From positions 1-62,024 of IMG/VR virus record IMGVR_UViG_3300031753_000006: a stretch of DNA of 62,024 bases; one strand, 5' to 3'. The translations under genes and the position numbers were made by a program. The notes under the pieces were generated by a model that worked only from the letters and a program-made list of their open reading frames with translations, did no database searches and was not told the origin of the DNA. This DNA is from a virus (lineage: Duplodnaviria; Caudoviricetes). Shown here one piece after another: positions 55,763-62,024 of the stretch; position 1 is the stretch's first letter; every line of letters begins with the position of its first letter.

Positions 55763-57030
55763 TTATTTCATGCTACTTTGGTCCTATTCTCGTGTCCAGT
55801 CCCACAAACGCAACATCCACTGCCACAACCACGCGCAACCCGAATTACCTCCTGACCGCCCAGAACCAGAAACGTCCGATACACTCGAACGTCCTCGTCT
55901 GCTTGCGCACGCACGATGTATGGGCCGGCCGGCTTGCGTTCAACCAATTGACCAAACGCACGATCGTACACGGCAGCCCGTGGGACCCCACCACGCGGGC
56001 ATGGCGCGAGCATGACGACATAATGCTGACGGACTGGCTTGCGCGATATGAGGGCTTGTACATCCACGCACCGTCGATGATCTCGCAGTCGGTCGAAACA
56101 GTCGCACATGAGAATGGCTATAACCCCGTGGTACAGTACTTGAACTCGTTGAACTGGGATGGCGAGCCGCGGTTGGATGAATGGCTGCAAAACTACCTCG
56201 GATGTATACCGAATGACGCACAGTCCGATCGATACTTGGCCGCGGTAGGCCGCTGTACGTTCATTGGCGCGGTCGCTCGAGCGTATAAACCAGGATGTAA
56301 GGTGGACACCTGTCTGATCCTCGAGGGTGGCCAAGGCAAATTCAAGTCCACGGCCGTGCATACGTTGGCCGGCGACTGGTATACGGACGATCTGAGAGAT
56401 ATCAGCAGCAAGGACGCCGCCCTGCAAGCGCAGACTTGGATCGTGGAATTGAGCGAACTGGACAGTCTCACCCGTGCTGAGGCATCACACATCAAGGCGT
56501 TCATCAGTCGTCAGGTCGATCGATTCCGGCCGCCGTACGGCAAACGCATCGAGGAATTCCCGCGGCCTGGGATCTTCGTTGGGACGGTCAACCCCTCGGA
56601 GTACTTGAAGGATGACACGGGCGCGCGCCGCTTTTGGCCCGTTGAGACCGGACACATCCATATCCCTTGGCTGGCTGAGGATCGTGATCAGCTCTGGGCT
56701 GAGGCTACAACGCGCTACATGGCCGGCGAGGCGTGGTGGTTCGACTCCACGGCACGGGCTGAACTGGCGGCCCCTATGGAGGCTAGCAAGCGCGTTGCGG
56801 ACCCATGGGAGGATGACGTCATGAACTTCGTTCGAGCGCACGTTATGAACGGCGCCCGGTACGTCACTCTCAGGGATATCCAGGTGGTAGCGCTGGACAT
56901 TAAGAACTCGGCGCGCGACCAACGGACGGACAACCGAGTGGCCTCAATCCTGAGAGTGCATGGGTGGAAGCGCGGCCAGTTCAGGTCTGGCGTGGGTCGG
57001 GTGTGGGGCTACTCGCCCGCAACCGAGTAA
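55750..57030 (+). CDS. VirE/VapE-family P-loop helicase (primase-associated type)
   Basis: WDGEPRL, PGCKVD, EGGQGKFKST, ELSEL, FRPPYG, DDTGARRFWP; start may be GTG 55792. Confidence 0.9.
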   Translation: MPSTLISCYFGPILVSSPTNATSTATTTRNPNYLLTAQNQKRPIHSNVLVCLRTHDVWAGRLAFNQLTKRTIVHGSPWDPTTRAWREHDDIMLTDWLARYEGLYIHAPSMISQSVETVAHENGYNPVVQYLNSLNWDGEPRLDEWLQNYLGCIPNDAQSDRYLAAVGRCTFIGAVARAYKPGCKVDTCLILEGGQGKFKSTAVHTLAGDWYTDDLRDISSKDAALQAQTWIVELSELDSLTRAEASHIKAFISRQVDRFRPPYGKRIEEFPRPGIFVGTVNPSEYLKDDTGARRFWPVETGHIHIPWLAEDRDQLWAEATTRYMAGEAWWFDSTARAELAAPMEASKRVADPWEDDVMNFVRAHVMNGARYVTLRDIQVVALDIKNSARDQRTDNRVASILRVHGWKRGQFRSGVGRVWGYSPATE

Positions 57031-57194
57031 GCATCGTATACCCCAAACTCATCCGAGAACACAAACTGCTTGATCATCGTATCGTCGGGCGTATGCCCTT
57101 CGTTAACCTCGTACCTCTTGATAGCCTCCTCACGTGATACATCGAGGTACGCGCGTTTCACTCCCAACCACCCGATCACTGTTAACTTGTGCAT
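57009..57194 (-). CDS. Small hypothetical protein
   Basis: AAGGAGG RBS. Confidence 0.6.
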   Translation of the reverse strand: MHKLTVIGWLGVKRAYLDVSREEAIKRYEVNEGHTPDDTMIKQFVFSDEFGVYDAYSVAGE

Positions 57195-57204
57195 TTCGTC
57201 CTCC

Positions 57205-57460
57205 TTACGTGGTGACGCTGGTGTCAGACTGGGGCTGGCTAAATCGTTGAGCCATCCCTATATAACCACTGTCACCAGTAAACCACTTGTATGTGTATGT
57301 TTTAATATAGGCCACCCCTACCATATGGTATACATCATTGTATATACGTATATTCCATACATAAGTGAGAGTGGCCACTTGTCACTGGTTCACCGGTGAC
57401 ACAATAGAATCAATCAGTTACAAAGTCACCAGTTGTCACAGGTTTAGGTAGTGGTGACGG
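57205..57460. other. Candidate replication origin
   Basis: Six GTCAC/GTGAC motifs around an A/T-rich core, just downstream of the helicase gene. Confidence 0.45.
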
Positions 57461-58706
57461 GACTACATTTCGCTCAGGTTCTCGGTCGAGGCACTTGGAG
57501 CATGCGTCCGCGCCATAGTAAGGAATCATCGCACCGCAGAATCGGCAGTCCTTCATGCGTCCTCCCCGCCCTCCTCGTTCGTTTGGCCAGTCACTTGGCC
57601 GGCCGGTATAACTCCTGCCCATTGGCTCTGGCCTAGGGTGGCGCGGATGTGGGTATAGCCATGTCCTGTGGCCGACGATACTTGGATGCTCACTAGGACT
57701 TCTATTTGTTCCAGCAGCAATGCTCTAGGATTGATCGTTTCGGGCATTTTGCAGCCTCCTGTCTGGCTTGTTCGTAGCAGATCCCCTGATGTGTGTGGCT
57801 ACCGTCTCGCAATTGCATAGCGGCCTCTTCTCGCACAGCTAGGCCACAATTGACACAATAGACGGTTATCTGATGCTCCAGACGTTGATTCGCAGTCATT
57901 GGTGGCTCACCCCATTGCATACCCATGACCAAACGTCTCGGAATTCATCTTCGTTCGGTTCCCGCCCATAGATGCTGCGAAACATTGCCAACAGATCGCC
58001 GCGGTCTTTGGTGTCCGTGTCCTCGTGCGACTCCACGTACTCCCTGATCTCATCTTTAGTCCACGTCATATCCGCCCGCCTTTCGACCGCTGGAACGCTG
58101 CGAACCTCTCGGCGTCTACCATCCGATAGTGCGCAAATGTGGCTGTGCATTTGCGGCAAAACCCCTGTGAGTCCAGCCCGTCCTCACAATTCCGGCATAC
58201 AGAGAGGCCGGTCGATCGCACGGGCTTTCGTTTGTCCGGCCGAACGGCTTGACGGTCTTTGCCAACGAATGTCTTTACGAACACGGTTCTACCCTCACAG
58301 TCAAACGGCCGGCCGGAAAGTAAACCGACTGCCGCGGTGTATGCACGGCCGTTGCATTGTCTACCGCGTAAATCTCTAACTTTCCGCGCGAACCGTACGG
58401 GTATGCGTCGAATTCCAAAAATGCTTGTACGAACGGCTCTTTCGTGTAAATATCAACTCTCGTCATAGGTCAATTCCCCTTTCGTCTCAGATATGAGTGT
58501 GTCAACAGCTCGTATGCGCGGCGCCTTGCTTCGAGCGGCCGACATACGAACGGATTCATAATCCAACAGTCAAACCGCCAACCATACCAGCAAAGGTGAC
58601 TCAACCGCAGGACCTTGATCCCGTCAAGCTTATGCTTGTACGTTAGTTTCCGCTCTGCTACTGTCATTCGGCTTGAACCTCCAGTACCCCATGCAGTCGC
58701 ATCCAA
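57410..58706 (-). other. Run of short overlapping early-type ORFs (boundaries uncertain)
   Basis: Successive short ORFs at 57410, 57553, 57702, 57896, 58066, 58275 and 58470, several with CxxC pairs and GGAG RBSs. Confidence 0.5.
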
Positions 58707-59500
58707 TACCGCGCGAGTGCAATGTAATTCCGGTACTCATTCACTTGCGCGGCCGTGTAACTCTCCCGTCGGCCTACAGCGCGATAGTGTACTTCCCACC
58801 ATTCGACTGGATGGTGTTCACATCCAATGGTGATATGGCCGACCTCTCGCACGATAAGTGGGTGTTTCGTGCCTTGGATTTGTAACGGGATTACGCCATT
58901 AGGCAAGGTTCCTTCGGCCCCGCTGAGGTCGGCCCCGCTGAGGTCGGCCCCGTAGAGGTCGGCCCCGTAGAGGTTGGCCCCGCTGAGGCCGGCCCTGCTG
59001 AGGTTGGCCCCGTAGAGGTTGGCCCCGCTGAGGTTGGCCCCGCTGAGGTTGGCCCCGTAGAGGTTGGCCCCGTAGAGGTTGGCCCCGCTGAGGCCGGCCC
59101 TGCTGAGGTCGGCCCCGCTGAGGTCGGCCCCGCTGAGGTTGGCCCCGCTGAGGTTGGCCCCGCTGAGGTTGGCCCCGCTGAGGTCGGCCCCGTAGAGGTT
59201 GGCCCCGCTGAGGTTGGCCCCGTAGAGGTTGGCCCCGTAGAGGTTGGCCCCGCTGAGGCCGGCCCTGCTGAGGTCGGCCCTGCTGAGGTCGGCCCTGCTG
59301 AGGTCGGCCCTGCTGAGGTTGGCCCTGCTGAGGTCGGCCCCGTAGAGGTTGGCCCCGCTGAGGCCGGCCCTGCTGAGGTCGGCCCTGCTGAGGTCGGCCC
59401 CGCTGAGGTTGGCCCCGCTGAGGTCGGCCCCGCCTAAGCTATCGGCCTCAATTGTCATGATTACAGCGTTAGTGAATCGATTCGTGATGGTGATCGACAT
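58664..59500 (-). CDS. Pentapeptide repeat protein
   Basis: About 34 (G/R)A(D/N/G)L(S/Y) units; C-terminal IGCEHH...W domain. Confidence 0.93.
   Translation of the reverse strand: MSITITNRFTNAVIMTIEADSLGGADLSGANLSGADLSRADLSRAGLSGANLYGADLSRANLSRADLSRADLSRADLSRAGLSGANLYGANLYGANLSGANLYGADLSGANLSGANLSGANLSGADLSGADLSRAGLSGANLYGANLYGANLSGANLSGANLYGANLSRAGLSGANLYGADLYGADLSGADLSGAEGTLPNGVIPLQIQGTKHPLIVREVGHITIGCEHHPVEWWEVHYRAVGRRESYTAAQVNEYRNYIALARYWMRLHGVLEVQAE
58915..59431. repeat. 15-bp coding tandem repeat array
   Basis: Variants of ggccccgctgaggt(c/t), about 34 copies. Confidence 0.93.
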
Positions 59501-59504
59501 CGTC

Positions 59505-60221
59505 TTATGCTCCTAACTGTATCAGGTTACTAAGGTTCCTTTTGTTCATTCCATGCACTAAGATCGTGATATCTTTCCGTCGATCATTAGCGCGTATCCC
59601 ATTACACAATCCACATCGCTCGCATGTTGTCTTGTGTCCCTGCTCGTCTGATGCCGGACATGGTATCTCTCCAGGTATCATCAGTTCGCCGGCTGGCCGT
59701 ACTCTGAAACAGCGCCATCCATGCACATGTGCGCGCCAATACTCCAGCTCTGAGTCCACACTGGCCATCAGATACTCACGGTATGGTGCGTACTGTGGTT
59801 TCGCCCATTGGTGCGTGTACCCTGTCCACTTTCGAGCGAACAAACACACATACCGCAGCACGCCCAATGGTATGTGGACAGGGTCACCGTATGCCCCCCA
59901 CCTTACAGCGCGGCCAGTGAAGACTTCAGGATATCGGCATTGAGGTAGATAGGCGTACCTACCCGCCTTATATGCGCGCCATACTGCATTCGGCCCCTGA
60001 GCCACATTCACGTAGCAAGTCCTGTCCGTCCATCCGTCCGTACCGCGCAATTTACAATCGCCGCAAATGGCATCGTCTTGATTCGACCGTACCGCGTCGA
60101 CCGGACTCATGTCATTCCGTAAGATCCACGCTTGGATCATATCGCCGGTCTTTCGATTGGATGATTCAGTGGTTGCGATTATGACGCGTTGAGAGTCAGT
60201 GTGAAGGATGTAGCCACTCAC
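59505..60221 (-). CDS. Gp88-like Cys-rich protein (possible Fe-S or radical-SAM-related fold)
   Basis: NRKTG, CGDC...TCYV, RWGAYGDP, GYTHQW, CPAS...TCERCGLC. Confidence 0.55.
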   Translation of the reverse strand: MSGYILHTDSQRVIIATTESSNRKTGDMIQAWILRNDMSPVDAVRSNQDDAICGDCKLRGTDGWTDRTCYVNVAQGPNAVWRAYKAGRYAYLPQCRYPEVFTGRAVRWGAYGDPVHIPLGVLRYVCLFARKWTGYTHQWAKPQYAPYREYLMASVDSELEYWRAHVHGWRCFRVRPAGELMIPGEIPCPASDEQGHKTTCERCGLCNGIRANDRRKDITILVHGMNKRNLSNLIQLGA

Positions 60222-60391
60222 GCAATCACTTCCGAGCCATCGATTGGCCGTACGCTCCATTCACGTACCGCAGTCCAGCGCCACGCTAGATCTTTGGCGT
60301 ACGTCTCGGCGGACTGTACATCGTCGAATTCAAGCCCATTAGTGCACCACTGACCGCTGGAATCGGCGATAACCCACACTTTGTACTTCAT
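60218..60391 (-). CDS. Small phage protein (57 aa, not in ORF track)
   Basis: GGAG RBS; MKYKVWVIADSSGQWCTNGLEF...DLAWRW; GTGA overlap. Confidence 0.65.
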   Translation of the reverse strand: MKYKVWVIADSSGQWCTNGLEFDDVQSAETYAKDLAWRWTAVREWSVRPIDGSEVIA

Positions 60392-60530
60392 GACGCACTA
60401 CTCCCTTAGTGTTCACTCTGCTAACTCGCTCGTTCGTACGTTCGCAGATAGTGACAATCGGATGCTAGGCCGGTCCCACGGTAGATTGTGACGTCGGCCT
60501 AGAATCCTCAGTGACTACCTCAGCGCGCAA

Positions 60531-61619
60531 CTATCGCACGTTGGCCATATCCCGCGCTAGTTCGAGCGCGCGTTGTTTGAGCGCATCTCCCGGACCAAAG
60601 AAGGCCGCGCTGAGTCGCGTGTCCTGTGAACGGCCGTACTCATGATCGGCGTAGTACGTGACTCCGTTGAACGCTCCCCAAAGCGTATCTTTGGCCGTTG
60701 GGAGATCGGACCCGGGAGAGCTAATCATCGCTTCTAGGATCGCCTTACCCGCGCGGTTCAGCTTATCCTCCGTTGGCACGTTCGAGCGCTCGTGGTTGGC
60801 CACAATCGCGTCAAGCCCCATGCTCATCGGCGCCGAATCGTTCATCACCTGTTCGAGTGCAGATTCGCCTTGAGTGAGCCGATATACGTATTCGAGTCGG
60901 CCAGTGTGATCAATCGCCACTTTGGACAGTTCCTCCGCGACCTCGTTCATGCGTTGAACTGACTCAATGGCCATTCCCATGGTTTCCTTGGCGCGCGCCG
61001 CAGTCTTTTCGGACCACTTGCTCGTATGCTTGAGCCGAAATGTGTAGTCGCGGCCGCTGCCTTCAGCTAGCGCGCAAGACAGGGTGTTCCAGCAAACTAC
61101 ACGCGTCTGAGTCGGTTGGCCGATTGTACGCATTGAGCCATCATGCGAAGTCGCTAGCATCATGTAACCCTTGACCTCATCCACTCCGCCGATTGACGCA
61201 TCCGCAGCGCCACCAAGCTTGGCCAGCGCCACAATCTTGCTTCCACCCTCTAGTCCGATCAGTGTTTCGAGCGTAGCATTGCCGGCTGCGCAATACTCTT
61301 GGAAGAATTCGACAATCTCCTGATTCTGCAATGGGTGATAGCGATCAGTGGCTACCTGAAAGACTTGATCGGTGTCCGCTCGTACGATCGCCTTGAAGCC
61401 TTCCAAAGGCTTGACTAACAAGTCTTGCCCTGTGGCGTCCTTCATGGCAATCGCGCGACGCTGTACTCTCCAATCCAAGCCGGCCGCCTGAAGCCATGCC
61501 TTTACCATGTCCGGTGTTGTGAGCGTGGCGATGTTCGCGTGATCGACATTCACGCCTAATCCATGCCAAGGGGTTTGGCCGACAAAGGCCATCATGTTAT
61601 TCGTAATCTTGTGTGCCAT
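60531..61619 (-). CDS. DUF932 family protein
   Basis: MAH...PWHGLG, AGLDW, YHPLQN, SHDGS, RVVCWNTL, TLWGAFNGVT. Confidence 0.88.
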   Translation of the reverse strand: MAHKITNNMMAFVGQTPWHGLGVNVDHANIATLTTPDMVKAWLQAAGLDWRVQRRAIAMKDATGQDLLVKPLEGFKAIVRADTDQVFQVATDRYHPLQNQEIVEFFQEYCAAGNATLETLIGLEGGSKIVALAKLGGAADASIGGVDEVKGYMMLATSHDGSMRTIGQPTQTRVVCWNTLSCALAEGSGRDYTFRLKHTSKWSEKTAARAKETMGMAIESVQRMNEVAEELSKVAIDHTGRLEYVYRLTQGESALEQVMNDSAPMSMGLDAIVANHERSNVPTEDKLNRAGKAILEAMISSPGSDLPTAKDTLWGAFNGVTYYADHEYGRSQDTRLSAAFFGPGDALKQRALELARDMANVR

Positions 61620-61669
61620 CTGAATTACTCCATTAGGCTCAGTCCAGTTAGGATTCTGGCCGTGATGAC

Positions 61670-61698
61670 ATCATGCGGCAATCCAATCGTTATTGCAA
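61670..61698 (-). promoter_or_regulatory. Candidate early promoter
   Basis: TTGCAA-N17-CATGAT upstream of the GGAG RBS of the DUF932 gene. Confidence 0.4.
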
Positions 61699-61897
61699 TA
61701 GTCTCTTTGGTTATTGGTGTAGCGATAGCGTTTGAGATAGACCGCGCAAGCGGGCTAGATCATAAGCCTAATACCATCCGTCCTACCATCCGCTCTGTAG
61801 TCTATACTGGCAGTAGATGGAACGTGATACAGATTGGAGATGTCCTCGGTGCCACAAATGGTATCGAATGAGGACGACTTATTGCAAGCTATGCGCG

Positions 61898-62024
61898 CTC
61901 GTCCCAGTCGTCAAACTCACTCGTCGTAGGCATCGTGAGATGCTCGCTGAGTCTGCCATGTCAGGTAAACTCCGGGCTATCGATCGTAGGTATGGCTTAC
62001 GTGATGAGCCGAGTGATACCTAAT
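61898..62024. repeat. Terminal direct repeat, right copy
   Basis: Identical to 1-127. Confidence 0.95.

Noticed and set aside
58915-59431. CRISPR array or DGR variable repeat
   Set aside because: Contiguous 15-bp in-frame coding units with no spacers; no cas or reverse transcriptase gene seen.
61817-62023. 68-aa ORF running through the terminal repeat
   Set aside because: No homology cue, and it opposes the neighbouring genes; cannot be supported.
1-62024. tRNA genes, integrase, introns and inteins
   Set aside because: None recognised by eye; tRNAscan-SE and Infernal would be needed to exclude them.

Overview
This window is best read as one complete, circularly assembled tailed dsDNA phage genome of about 61.9 kb. 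Bases 1-127 are repeated exactly at 61898-62024, which is typical of an assembler overlap. The + arm (about 0.8-34 kb) carries secreted accessory proteins, a split large terminase, portal, scaffold, major capsid, lysis genes and podovirus-type neck, nozzle and ejection proteins, with no tape measure or sheath gene seen. The - arm (about 34-61.6 kb) carries a roughly 10 kb glycan-building cluster: 7 glycosyltransferases, 2 methyltransferases, a sugar aminotransferase and an N-formyltransferase. It also carries a split family-A DNA polymerase with an N-terminal uracil-DNA glycosylase, nucleotide-pool enzymes, recombination and helicase genes, and early genes. No integrase, tRNA or CRISPR array was recognised. 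The accessory proteins resemble Acidobacteriota proteins, so that host is inferred. The most unusual signals are: (1) a circularly permuted histidine phosphatase and a tandem HiPIP-like protein that share a conserved N-terminal peptide and sit just after the capsid genes; (2) the glycan cluster, possibly for virion glycosylation; (3) splits in the terminase, polymerase and nozzle genes; (4) many apparently leaderless promoters. All calls are from motif recognition by eye; no searches were run.
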